DNA from: Lytechinus pictus
Taxonomy: Eukaryota
Assembly: GCF_037042905.1 (NCBI RefSeq)
Contig: NC_087252.1
Span: 13,642,001-13,706,000, forward strand
Length of the DNA stretch: 64,000 nucleotides
Direction: 5' to 3'
How positions within the stretch are numbered: the stretch's first letter is position 1; each line of letters begins with the position of its first letter. Below are positions 26,135-38,503 of the stretch, piece after piece. The notes under the pieces are model-generated. The model saw only the letters and a list, made by a program, of their open reading frames with translations, had not been told where the DNA came from and did not search any database. Both the position numbers and the translations under genes were made by a program.

Positions 26135-27334
26135 GGCCCGTATTCTGAAGTCAGGATTAACTCTGTGCTAAAATTATAGGGAGCCAAAAAATCAAAATTA
26201 TGTTTATATTGTATATTTATGTTCACCATTTTGTTTCCTTTTGCTTTCATAATGAAGAAAAATACTTCAATTATCATTCCCAGACAATTATGTACTATGT
26301 GGATGTCATATGAGTTAGTAAATTGAATGTGTACTGTAAGGGATTTGTGCTCCAATTGGCTCTCCATAGTTAAACCACAACTTTAAATCAGGGTTTAATT
26401 TAAACCCGAGTTTAGAATACGGGCCTCCGCCTATATTTGCTTATTTTTTGTTTATATTTTACTTCCTTTTTACTCTTTTTTTGTAATGTTCTTTCCAACT
26501 TTCATGATTGTGTAAATATTTGTTCAATAAAATAAACTAAAATTGATAATTAAAAAAATAAATGATGATCAATAATAATATTAAGCATAGCGCCTATATC
26601 TTGTTCACTATTAATTCTTTGCCCGCTTTGTTCGACTAAAGTAACATACAGCGGACTGCCAACTTTGACTTAAGTTACATATCATTCACAATAGACACAG
26701 GCCCGTATTCTGAAGTCAGTTTAACTTAAGCCATGGTCTAATTGTCCTGAAATTATGGGAAGCCAAACATGTCAGAATTTGTTTACATTGTATGGTTCTT
26801 ATGTTTACTGCGGTCCTTCCTAATTCTTTAACGATGAAAACATATATCTTATTTATCTAATTTTTTCCCACACAGTTGAGAATTATTTGAGAGTCAAATC
26901 AGCTGATACAATGGCCCGTATTCTGAAGTCAGGTTTAACTTAGACCACAGTCTAACTCTGTGCTAAAATTAAGGGAGGACAAAAGTTCAAAAATTCTGTT
27001 TATAATTATATTGTATATTTCTTATGTTTACCATTTTGTTTCCTTCTGCTTTCATTATGAAGAAAAATACTTAAGTTATCATTCCCACACAATTATGAAC
27101 GATTTGGATATCATATCAGTTAATAAATTGAATGGGTACTGTTAGGGATTTGCACTTCAATTGGTCCTTCATATTTAAACCACAACTTTGAACCATGGTT
27201 TAATTTAAACCCGAGTTCAGAATACGGGCCATTGAACCTCTACTGTTAGAGATTTATGTCACAATTGGCTATCCATAGTTACACCACAACTTTAAACGGG
27301 AGTTTAAATGAAACCAGAGTTGAGAGTACAGGCC
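26135..27334. mobile_element. Three copies of a GGCCCGTATTCT-TIR MITE (26135-26425; 26700-27334 with 26913-27230 nested inside)
   Basis: TIR GGCCCGTATTCTGAA / TTCAGAATACGGGCC; the inner copy is flanked by AT dinucleotides. Confidence 0.75.
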
Positions 27335-27551
27335 AGAGAGTGCAAAAGTCTGTTGCACATACACACAAAACAATAGAGATGTGCACATTACATTTCACGG
27401 GGGTACATTTCATGAAACAAAAGGTCAGTGACTTTCACAGAAAACTGTTATAAGCTACTAAAATGCCCACATCTGATTGGCTCAGAACAAACTAGTCAGT
27501 GAAAATCACTGAGAAGATGCTTTGTGAAATACTCCCCTGGAATAAACTTAC

Positions 27552-27699
27552 GGTGATTTCTCTTGTTTCTTCGGCTTGTTTCTGTTGAACAGCTTCTCTC
27601 TGTTGCGTCTAATAGTCTCTTCATCCAGACTCCCATTGCCATTGGTTTCTGGCTGTTTTACGGGATTCTTGGCGGGCTGAGGGCTAGACTCTGTCTTAC
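27552..27699 (-). CDS. SRPRA: SRP receptor alpha, exon 5 (linker, ...SLDEETIRRNREKLFNRNKPKKQEKSP)
   Basis: Phase 1 to phase 2 consistent with flanking exons; CTTTCAG acceptor, GTAAGT donor. Confidence 0.85.
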
Positions 27700-28187
27700 C
27701 TGAAAGGAAGGAAAAAATATTGATTAAAAAAAAAATCATTGAAATGGAGAAAAAGAGCAAGTGAATAGTAAACATGATAGCAATTCATTCATGTAAGTCG
27801 GTTAGTTAGTAGGATAATTAATAAAAGGTAAATGGTGGTGATTTTTACCTGATTGCTAAGAAAGCATAAATGCTCGTAAGCAAGCAACCAGAGGACTGGC
27901 GGCTAAGTAGGTTAGTAGGTTAGTTGAGTAAAGGAAAGCCATGGTCATGATTAGAGGCACATAACCCATTTCAAATACTTAGAAAGGAAGGAAAAATATC
28001 TATATACCTAGACCATGGAAGTGAAGTTAGAATGTACAAGAATAGTAAAGTAGAGGTACATGTATAGGGGCCATTTTGCGATCAACATTGAGATTATGTG
28101 CTTGGATAGAAGATGAAATAGAGAATGTAGAACAATTTATTTGTGTAAGTTCCACATTTCGATTAATATGATAAATGATAATATCAT

Positions 28188-29782
28188 AACTTGAATTTTA
28201 ATTCGTCATGAGGACGAATTAGGTGATCCGTCTCTGATTTTTATGATCACGAATACAATCACCATGTTAATTGAGATCAATATGATCATCATGATGAAAA
28301 CTGAACTTACATTACGAAAAGAACATGTTGAATACTCTTGAAAAGAGGGAAATGAGAAAGTAGTGTGATATAGGTGCAGGTGATACACATATTGTACATC
28401 TTATGTTAAAATGTATTTTAATCTCTTTTATTGTTCAATGGTTTATATTCATTGTAATGGTCATAAAGGACCATTTGTGAAATGTTGAAAAGAAAAAAAA
28501 ATCTCATGTTCACCCTTGGGCTCGAACCGTGGACCTTTGAGGCGCAAGTCTGATGCCTTACCAATTAGCTCTACACTATTTCCCATAGACTTTACACATA
28601 AGCAAATTAAGAGTATCTCTAATCCCATTTTGCAAGTGAAATACGGGCATGATCCCGGCATCTGATCAGAAAATGAAGGCAACACTTACGATAGGAGAAT
28701 CTCAGCTATAACATACTTAAAGCTCAGAGAAAACTGAAAGAAATAATGGAGACATGGCTCGCGAAATAGAGGAATGTAGAATCCAATTTTGAGAAAAAGC
28801 CATTTCCCATAGAGATTGCATGCAAAATGAGTGAAAATGACATGCCTCTATAAATCGCCATTTTAAAGGGTGATTTGTTCCCTAAAATGAAAATATAGCT
28901 ATCATTTCAGATAGAGTAAGTCCTCAGCTACAACATATCAAAAACCAAGCGAAAATTGACCAAATATTTACGGAGTTAGAATCACATTTGCAAAACTATA
29001 ATGACGTCATAAGTAGCAAAATGGAAATTTTGAGTTCCAACGCCATTTTGATGACGTCATGATGAAATTTAGGGTCAAATGTGACATGAAAAAAAAATTG
29101 GGGGTCAATGGGCTTCCTGAAGAGCTATAATGAATTTTGTATAGGCATGTTTTTGCACATATATTGTCTATGGTTAGTGCGCGCGTATGCGCGTGCTGTA
29201 AACTTTGATGGAGGCTAATTCTGTTAATAGTTGTCGTAGAAGGTTGATCAAGGTATCAAATTACTCAGAATTATATCATCGATGCATTGATATGAAAAAA
29301 TGGCGATCCTATAATATAGTGCCGTTACAAGCGTGCAAACTTTTGAAATGTTTAAAATGACCTAATTCATATTCTACTTTGGTAAAAAAGTGATTTTGAG
29401 CATTTTGAAATTTTGATGTGCGCGTCCACGCACATCTTGACCTCTACATTACCTTTGATGACATGGACAGTTGACCCTTGACCTGAAGTTAATGTGATGT
29501 AAATATTGTTAATTTTTGATAATTGATAATGAAGATATGATTGATAATGTGATTTTACAAAATGGCGTGTAGATGACGTCATGATGACCTTTTGACCTTG
29601 AACTTGTTTCATACAGATGACATGATAAGTCCCCATATCTGATGATATTTTGAAGAAAATTGAAGATGTAGATTTGGAGATTTTGTGCTAACAAGAAAAG
29701 GACGGAAAAATAAGAATAAATAATAAAAAAGAAAATTTGTACGAAATTAATAGTTGATCTGTCGATTGACAGATCACTTAAT
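28188..29782 (+). mobile_element. Helentron/HINE-like element
   Basis: 5' hairpin AATTCGTC-ATGAG-GACGAATT followed by AGGTGATC; 3' hairpin TGATCTGTC-GATT-GACAGATCA; a similar 5' end occurs inverted at 4711-4754. Confidence 0.55.
28505..28578 (-). pseudogene. tRNA-like sequence (tRNA pseudogene or SINE head) inside the element above
   Basis: A-box TAGAGCTAATTGG and B-box GGTTCGAGCCC at tRNA spacing, but the acceptor and anticodon stems do not pair well. Confidence 0.5.
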
Positions 29783-30030
29783 AATAACAACAAGATGTTA
29801 CTACAAGTAATACAGGTGGCAAGCTCGCTCCGGACATTTCTCACCCTAGCAACTTAGTTTTGAACAAGAAAGGGAAGGAAATAATAAACAGAGGACTTAT
29901 TTGATGTGTAAAAGATAGATCACATCAGATATCTGGAAAAAGCGAGGTTGCTTTTTAATATATCAGCAAAATGTCCAGATTGCAAAAAATGGAAATAATA
30001 TTAATCATGATAATTTATACTAAAAGTTAC

Positions 30031-30136
30031 CTCCTTTCTTAGTTTTATTGGTGATGTTCTTCTCTTCTTTGCTTGTGTCTATAATCATGGATCCAACTGT
30101 CTTCTTAGATTTGTGAGACTCTCCAAAAGTCTTCAT
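30031..30136 (-). CDS. SRPRA: SRP receptor alpha, exon 4 (MKTFGESHKSKKTVGSMIIDTSKEEKNITNKTKKG)
   Basis: MK.F.ES.K.KK.V.SMI charged-linker motif; CTGCAG acceptor, GTAACT donor; ends phase 1. Confidence 0.88.
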
Positions 30137-31079
30137 CTGCAGAATCATTGGCAAAAAATTTTGGTTTAAACATATGTACATGAAAAATTATATTTGCTAA
30201 CTTGAAGATCACCATGAGAAAGAAAAAGATGATTGACCCACTGCCATTATAATGTTGGTGGTATTTAACTTAACAGATTTTGGATGAAATGTTTACTATT
30301 GCTTCACTTCATCCTCTCCTTCCATCGGAATAAAAAAAAAATCTCCAAGGACTTCAGTATTTGCCATTTGGTTTACAGCTGAAGTCCAGTTTCAGGTCTA
30401 TCATACTTCATCTACCAGTTTGCCTATTAGTCTGAAGGCCTACCCATCGATCTAATGTCCACTTGGTCTCCCAACACTTTTTTGTATGATTAGATCAATT
30501 ATTAATGGCCCAACTTTTCATTCAGCTATTAAAGTGCAAAATACATGTAATGAGTGGAAATCTGACCATCAGGGCGTTAGATATACCAAGTGACGATCAG
30601 ACCAAACAGAAATAAATAAATCAAATCAAATCAAATCAAATCAAATGAGATCAAGTCTATAGTCAAGCTAGTGGGTTAAGCAATAATGGTATTCTACAAA
30701 TTAGACCATATTAAGTTTGACATGTTTAACTTCTAAATTATAAAAAAAACACCTGAAAACTTTTATGTTCAATTCTTATTAAATATCCTTTATAATTTCT
30801 TGAAAAACACCTTGAGCTCTCTTGCAGAGTGGATTTTGCTTGACACAATTCCATTTTTAGTAATAATTATCACTTGCTAGTAGACCAAGAGGATAAACTG
30901 CCCTTTTCTCATTCATTAGGGTCAGGGGAAGGAGGGGGGAGTGGGAGGGGAGGGAGAAGGGGAGGGGAGGGGAGAGGGGATGAGAAAGAGAAGGGAGAGA
31001 AGAAGAGAGAAGAAGAGGAAGGACAGGAGGAGAGAAAGAGAGGAAGAGGGGGAGGGAAGGGAAAGGGGAGGGGTCTTAC

Positions 31080-31274
31080 CTGTTTGCCCTTCTTAGCAAC
31101 TACACTACTCTTCTCTGCCTCTTTCAAGACCCGCTGGAAGTCATCACCAAAATCAAATTGGCCAAATATCCTCCCATTCTTCAGCTCCTCCTTATACTTG
31201 TCTCTGAACTCCCGATGAATATCATCAATGAACTTGTCAATGTAAGCCAGAGATAATATATTTTGGTACGCAAC
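31080..31274 (-). CDS. SRPRA: SRP receptor alpha, exon 3 (VAYQNILSLAYIDKFIDDIHREFRDKYK...KKGKQ)
   Basis: Conserved motif; AG and GTAAGA; 195 bp, phase 0. Confidence 0.93.
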
Positions 31275-31571
31275 CTGTTGAAAAAGACCAAAAGAAGTGG
31301 GTCACAAAAACATATAACAATTTCAGTTGCTTCAATTCAGCAAAATGTTAACAGGATGCAATTTAAGCAAAAACAATGAATAATGAGGTAGAAAAGTGAA
31401 GTATTAACCAACACAAAAACATACATCCCCAAAACATAAGTTAAAATAAAAATAATAATGATAGGCATTTGTACAGCACCATCTATCTAGAAACAATCTA
31501 TTCCGAGGCGCATTGTTATCATTATCATTACCTCGAGCTGCCTTTCAGCGTTCGTGCAGTCAAGGAATTAA

Positions 31572-32157
31572 AGGAGAATGAAACTCTTATAGCAAGTTAG
31601 CTTTTGTGAAAGCAGAAAAATCAAAGAATAAGATCAACAAAAGTTTGAGTGAAATAGGACTAGCAATAGAAGAGTTATGAGCATTTGAATTTCCAGATCA
31701 CTAATGCTATGGAGATCCTCCCATTGGCAATGCGACCAAGATCTATGATGTCACAGATGAACAACTCTCCCCTTTTGGACACTGAAAATATACCCCAAAA
31801 CATTTTTGCTCATTCTAATCATATGACAAACGATTCATCAATGATATAATGTTGTGAAACCTCTGTACTTGTCCTCTCATAAAGAGAACACCTCACCTTG
31901 TGATAGACTCTATAAAAGTGAGAATATAAGTGAAATAAGTACTAAAGTAATGAGGGAGTTGTACGTGTGTGACATCACAGATCTTGGTCGCATTGCCAAT
32001 GGGAGGATCTACATGTACATGGCATTAGTGATCTCGACATTCAAATGCTCATAACTTTCTTATTATTCATTCAATCTTCCTCAAACTTTCAACAATATGT
32101 TTCTTTGATTTTTCTCTTTGATATGGATTCAGCTGGTTTCAAGGGTTTCATTCTCCT
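31572..32157. mobile_element. Kolobok-like MITE inserted into a minus-strand SINE (~31460-32311)
   Basis: TTAA|AGGAGAATGAAAC...GTTTCATTCTCCT|TTAA with long imperfect inverted arms; SINE sequence resumes on both sides. Confidence 0.8.
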
Positions 32158-32906
32158 TTAATCTTGCCGGGCAACCATTCACCTCACCTGGGTTGAGTGC
32201 AGCAGTGTGGATAAATTTCGTGCTGAAGGAAAACACGCCATGGCTAGGATTCGATCTCACAACCCTCTGTTTGAGAGGCGAGAGTCAGAACCACTAGACC
32301 ATGACGCGCCCACAAATACACATGTACTTTGTGTGTATGTCATCTGGACGGGAACAAATTACACTGGGGTTGGTTCAATTTGGCACCTGAAGTGCTCAAA
32401 AGAGCCCAGGTGGGTGTTTCATAAAGCTGTTCGTAAGTTAAGAGCGACTTTAAGAACGACTGGTGATCCTTTCTTCTGGTAAATGGTATATTCATTGGCG
32501 ATGGTTTAGGGCGTAAGAAAGGATCACCAGTCGTTCTTGAAGTCGCTCTTAACTTACGAACAGCTTTATGAAACGGCCCCCTGGAATATCCCAAGTCACT
32601 GAAATATTAAAGCTGGTGAAAACACTGCAAATTTCAGCTGTACAGTAGGTTGTGAAAATGACATGTAGCCACCGATAGTACACAATGAATTGTTTGCCTG
32701 ATGTCAAATAAATACATACAGAGAAACTTTACAACAGCAGTCAATTGTAACAGGGAACACTTGTATAGAAATGATTCAGTAACCAACTGTACTGTCTTGG
32801 TATATTTGCTTTTTTCATGTAATAATAACCATGATGTAATAATACCATGTAATAATGCCACGATGGTCTTAAATAAATTAAGTGAAAATTAAATGAAGAC
32901 ACTTAC

Positions 32907-32990
32907 CACAAATACGAGTTCAAACTCATTGTCTAATTTACATTTGAGGGTAAGAGTTCCATGACTGAAAGAGTTGCTTCCTCCACGTTC
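32907..32990 (-). CDS. SRPRA: SRP receptor alpha, exon 2 (ERGGSNSFSHGTLTLKCKLDNEFELVFV)
   Basis: Conserved ERGG...KLDNEFELVFV; canonical AG and GTAAGT; 84 bp. Confidence 0.94.
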
Positions 32991-33200
32991 CTGAAATCAA
33001 CAGAAAGAGAAAATTCATAAAAATCTGGTGAATCTATGCCTACATCATTCAGACCGAGGAGAATGTACAATCAAAATTTAAATTTTATAATTTACTTAAA
33101 TAAAATATTTGTTTTACATGTAACTTGTTCTACAATACGGCACTTCTTAAAATCGTTCATCGAAGCTACGTCATGACGAAGCAGTTCAACCCTATTGTAT

Positions 33201-33990
33201 CAGGGGCCGCGGAAGTTTTCAAAGTAGGGGGGGGGGGCTGAACATGCAAAAAATCACAATCATACACTGTAAAAAATGAAGTGCTAATTTAGCACTTACA
33301 GTGCTTGTATATGGACTGCACTCCTAGTGCTGATTTTCTAGTTCAAATTTAAACTAGAAAATCAACACTCGTAGTGCAATCACTATACAAGCACTGTAAT
33401 ATGCTTTTCACACTGCATTTCCTTAACCCCGGACTATCCTTAACCCCATACTATCTTTTTTTCGATTCACACTCTCTTTCTTAACCCCGTATTATTTGCT
33501 TAGCCGGGGTTAACGCCTTAACCCCGGGCAATCACACAGTTCATAAATATTGATGATTTTACCATACAGAGCGCGATTATCGTGCAATTTCGACTTCTGT
33601 GATTGGCTAATACTTAGCCCCACATTTCCTTAGCCCTGTTTTGTTTCACACTTACATCTCTTAGCACCGCAATTGTGGTGCTAGCACAATAAGCCGGCTA
33701 ACCCTGCTTTTTGCAGGGCCAGATAGTACTGTACTATTTACTGTGCTAGCCCACTTTGCTAAAACGTAGTGTGAAAACGAAGTGGGCTAAGCTTAACCCC
33801 GGGAAATTGGTTGGGCTAAGACCCCCCCTTAGCCCCATCAATTTCCTGGGGTTAAGGGAAAAAAGTGGTGTGAAAAGCATATAAGTGCTAAATTAGCACT
33901 TCATTTTATACAGTGTATGGTCATTTTTACGTTTTTGTACACGGTTTTGGAAAAAAGTGGGCCCCCCCCCCCCCGCTTCCGCGGCCCCTG
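33201..33990. mobile_element. Three-level nested MITE (outer 33201-33990, middle 33265-33915, inner 33400-33881)
   Basis: TSDs TGTAT (5 bp), TA and TAA respectively, each with matching TIRs. Confidence 0.88.
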
Positions 33991-34594
33991 TGTATAATTT
34001 GCAGTGTTTACGAATGGATACACGAGATCAGTCTGGTTCCGCTGAACTCTGTTGGCTCCACTCACCAATTACAGAGACCGAAGTTCTAACTGGATCTGTA
34101 CAGGGACTCAATGGCTATATGTTATCGTCTCAAGTTCGGATCAACCAGGGAAGTGGGAGCTGCGCGACAGCTGAAGCAAGTCACTGTTTTTATCCTTTTA
34201 AGTTTATTTTTTCCTGTTTATCTTTATTTCGGTCCAATTCTATTTATAAATTTTTATGAAATAAGGACAAAAATCAATGAGCCCCGTCGGGGGGATTTTG
34301 CATTGTTAACCCCCTAATGGCGGCTGCACGTTCGCAAGCCACCTGTGTACGAGGAGAAATAAAAAAAAATAATAACATTTTCTAAAACTTCTCGAAACAG
34401 ACGGCTGCCAGCTGTCTAAATCTAGACCTACCTATGTTAGATAGATCTAATTCTTGATGAACCTTCTCCATAATATTTTTTTTCAATAGTGGAGGGGACA
34501 TATGGAAGTCTTGCCGACTCCGTGATGTAGTGACAATATCAAAATCATTCAAAAATATCATCACAGAGTCCTCTAGCCTGGCTTTATAGATCTA

Positions 34595-35813
34595 CAGTGC
34601 GTATAAAAAAAGGGGTCAGATTTGAAGTCTACAAAATTTTCGTTTCAAATTATGATGTCTATATTTTGGTGTTAATAGGTGCTCTGAAGTCTTATCTTTC
34701 AAATGCCATTTAAAAAATTCAGTTTCGTTCATGCTTGAGCAAACACGGAATGTTTTTGTCTGGGGTTAAAAAGGAGGCTTGCGCCAAAATGGCATAAAAT
34801 GATAAATATGATGATCGGACTTCTTGCTAAATCAGCAGACGTCATCTTAACCTTTTCATTATCTTTGCCATAATTTTCAAATTATGCTGTCAATATTCAA
34901 TTTCAAATCTGTTTATTTGCTTGAATTATTCTGTTGTTGTTTCTTTTTAATATGTTCTGTTTTAGCTTTCAATATTCCTTCTTTAAGCAAAAACAAAAAA
35001 ATTTCTACCGAAGTATGGCAGAGTGTGTATTTTTTTTTCAAATCCTTTCATCGTGTGCTACAAAGGTTATGGTGCCTTTGAACAGTGACATATAGATGGG
35101 TGGGGGCTCGGGTGCTCGCCCCAATAAAATAAAAGTGGAAAGGAAATAAAAGGAAAGATAGAAAGTGAAATATGATTTTATTTTCTGAATATTATGTCAA
35201 AATCTATCACAAAATTGGATATTTTAATAAAAAAGTGGAAATTTTTGCTTGTTTGCTTGCTCGCTCACAACTTTGTAAATACATTTTTTCCGATCTGCCA
35301 TATCAAGCTCCTTCAAAATAGTCCTGCAATACACCATTGCCATTGAAAGACATGAATCATTTCCTGTTTGTCCTGTCAAGCACATATGACATAATTAAAC
35401 TTGGTCAAGGAATCAAGAACCCCTTGAAAATAGGATTCATGTTTTTTAAAGGTACCATAAGGCATAGCATACTTTGTTTCACATAATAAAATACGATTTA
35501 AATAATTACAAGTTCTCCCAATTACATGTAATAATGCAAATCTTCTTGCTTGGGTTGACGAAAACTAGTCTTCTTTTCTAACTTATGAAAGAAAATTCAA
35601 AGGTTAAAGAAGTTTTAATGAAAAAACAAATTAATTCAAGTAGGCCTCAATATATTTGACAGCATAATTCGAAAATCATGGCAAAGATAAATAATGAAAA
35701 GGTAAGACTAAGAGGAAGTCTGCTGATTAGCAAGTCTGATCATCGAATTTCTAATTTCTGCCATTCTGGCGCCAAGCCTCTTGGAGCCCCGACAAAAACG
35801 TCCCGTGTTCACT
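34595..35813. mobile_element. Tc1/mariner-like non-autonomous element with truncated right TIR
   Basis: TA|CAGTGCGT left end; 34740-34900 is inverted at ~35660-35810; abuts the Kolobok-like MITE at 35821. Confidence 0.55.
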
Positions 35814-35820
35814 AAGTTAA

Positions 35821-36416
35821 AGGGGAATCCAGCCTTGGCCATAAAATGTTGTATTGGGAAGGAGAAAAATAAATTGAACAGAAGGTTTGAAAGAAATCGG
35901 ACAAGCAATAAGAAAGTTATAGCTGCTTTAAATTTGAGATCACTAATAGTATGTAGATTTCAAATTGGCAACTGGGTAAGTAAATTATGACAAGGGGCAA
36001 GGACAACTTTCCCATAGGCCATGTACTTTATTATCAGGGATTTGTGGTTTTCTTTCAAGTACCCATTCCCCTGGGGCAGTAATCTGAATATTACCTAGGT
36101 AGTACATGTATATTGTTTAATGTCCTCATGAAAGATAAATGTAATTTGAAATAAAACTTTTGGGAAAAATGACATTTTAGCCATAATATGTATTGGAGTA
36201 CATGGAAGAGTAGTCCTTGCCTTACATCACTATGACATCCCATATGCGGCCAATTTGAAGTCTCCATGAGTTTAGTGATTACCAATATTTACAACTTTTA
36301 AAAATTCATAGCTTTCTTGTTATTTGTCCAATATTGTTCAAACTTTCACCTATCAACTTACCTGATTTTTCTTTTTCTTATAAAAAAACAAGTTTTTATT
36401 TGGGTTGGATTCCCCT
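35821..36416. mobile_element. Kolobok-like MITE
   Basis: TTAA|AGGGGAATCCA...TGGATTCCCCT|TTAA; related fragments at ~2230-2490, 4780-4905, 5210-5500, 23500-23695 and 54440-54570. Confidence 0.8.
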
Positions 36417-36535
36417 TTAAGTTTAAAGTTTAACTAAGTAAAAGCCAAGGCAAAGCCAAACTAGCCAAAGCATGAACAAAATTTATTTTTTAAAATGGCA
36501 TTTCAAAGTCAAACTAAAGATTTGAGAGCATCTAT

Positions 36536-37000
36536 CAGTAGAGGCGCACGGCCAATATGGGAGATTCTCTCCAATATGGGAGATTGTCTCCCATATTGGA
36601 GACTTGCTTTGCAAAAGAGTAAAAGAAACACCAACAAAAGTGTAATTTTTTCCATCAAAAATTTTGTCTCACTGAGGTCAGAAGCCCATTTGTTTTGTGT
36701 GTGGATGACAACAAAAATCCTTATCAAAACAGAAGTAGACGGTGGATTTTTAAAGTAGACGGTGAAAAGGGGTAATTTTTCATGAGGAATCTGCTTATCA
36801 CATTTTTATTTGCCGCCAAGGTAATCCTTTTGTAGCAAATGTAAACAAAGGAAATTGGACTCCAAAACTGGAGACTGTCTCTGAAATTGGATACCCAAAT
36901 TCTTTACAAAACTAACAAAAGTCTTTGATATTGGAGATAATCTCCCACGTTGGAGACAGTCTCCAAAGAGTCCAATAATATTGGCCGTGCACCTCTACTG
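36536..37000. mobile_element. MITE with CAGTAGAGG(C/T)GCACGGCCAATAT TIRs
   Basis: 23-bp near-perfect TIR with internal GGAGA..GTCTCC sub-repeats; no clear TSD. Confidence 0.7.
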
Positions 37001-37234
37001 TCCGAGTGATACTGATAGTGATAAGAATATTAAGATTTTACTTTTGAGAGCATCTATTAACATCAAATATATCGAGGAACAACTGCAGAATACCCCGCAC
37101 GACGAGAGCATGGATGTTTGAATCGACCAACGACCTACGATGTGATGAAAGGATGTTGCAACAAAGCCGAGTTGTGACTAAAATTCGAACTTGTTTACGT
37201 CAAGCCAACGATTGATTACGCGATTTTTGCATAG

Positions 37235-38436
37235 GGCATGCCGCCAACGAGCCAACGATGCCAACGTTGTGAGATTGGCATGCTACCAACGAGCCAACGA
37301 TGCCAACGTTTTGACTTGCGTTGGCTTGCTACCAACGAGCCAACGATGTCAACGATGTGAGTTTGGCATGCTGTCAACGAGCCAACGTTGTGAGTTTGGC
37401 ATGCTGCCAACGAGCCAACGATGCCAACGTTGTGAGTTGCATTGGCTTGCTGCCAACGATCCAACGGTGCCAACGTTGTGAGATTGGCATGCTTCCAACG
37501 AGCCAACGATGCCAACGTTGTGAGTTTGACATGCTACCAACGAGCCAACGATGCCAACGTTTTGACTTGCGTTGGCTTGCTACCAACGAGCCAACGATGC
37601 CAACGTTTTGACTTGCGTTGGCTTGCTGCCAACGATGCCAACGATGTGAGTTTGGCATGCTGCCAACGAGCCGACGATGCCAACGTTGTGAGTTGCATTG
37701 GCTTGCTGCCAACGAACCAACGATGCCAACGTTGTGAGATTGGCATGCTTCCAACGAGCCAACGATGCCAACGTTGTGAGTTTGGCATGCTGCCAACGAG
37801 CCGACGATGCCAACGTTGTGACTTGTATTGGCTTGCTGCCAACGAGCCAACGATGTCAACGTTGTGAGTTTGGCATATGCTACCAACGAGCCAACGATGC
37901 CAATGTTGTAAGATTGGCATGCTACCAACGAGCCAACGATGCCAACGTTGTGAGTTTGGCATGCTGCCAACGAGCCAACGATGCCAATGTTGTAAGATTG
38001 GCATGCTACCAACGAGCCAACGATGCCAACGTTGTGAGTTTGGCATGCTACCAACGAGCCAACGATGCCAACGTTGTGAGTTTGACATGCTACCAACGAG
38101 CCGACGATGCCAACGATGTGAGTTTGGCCTGCTGCCAACGAGCCAACGATGCCAACGTTGTAAGTTTGGCATGCTGCCATCGAGCCAACGATGCCAACGA
38201 TGTGAGTTTGGCCTGCTGCCAACGAGCCAACGATGCCACGTTGTGACTTTGGCATGGCATGCTACCAACGAGCCAACGATGCCAACGTTGTGACTTTGGC
38301 ATGCTACCAACGAGCCAACGATGCCAACGTTGTGACTTGTATTGGCTTGCTGACAACGAACCAACGATGCCAACGTTGTTAGATTGGCATGCTACCAACG
38401 AGCCAACGATGCCAACGTTGTGAATTTGGCATGCTA
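37235..38436. repeat. 42-bp minisatellite with 47-bp variant units, about 28 units
   Basis: Unit GC(T)RCCAACGAGCCAACGATGCCAACGTTGTGAGTTTGGCAT; period 42 seen at 37921, 37963 and 38005. Confidence 0.95.
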
Positions 38437-38503
38437 CTAACCCTAACCCTAACCCTAACCCTAACCCTAACCCTAACCCTAACCCTAACCTAACCCTAAC
38501 CCT
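38437..38503 (-). repeat. Interstitial (TTAGGG)n tract, about 11 units
   Basis: (CTAACC)n on the plus strand with one 5-bp variant unit. Confidence 0.95.

Noticed and set aside
28505..28578. Functional tRNA gene
   Set aside because: A and B boxes are present but the acceptor and anticodon stems do not pair convincingly.
37235..38436. CRISPR-like array
   Set aside because: No unique spacers, no cas genes, eukaryotic intron; it is a tandem minisatellite.
38437..38503. True telomere or chromosome-fusion scar
   Set aside because: Short, single orientation, inside an intron of an intact gene and within a TIR pair.
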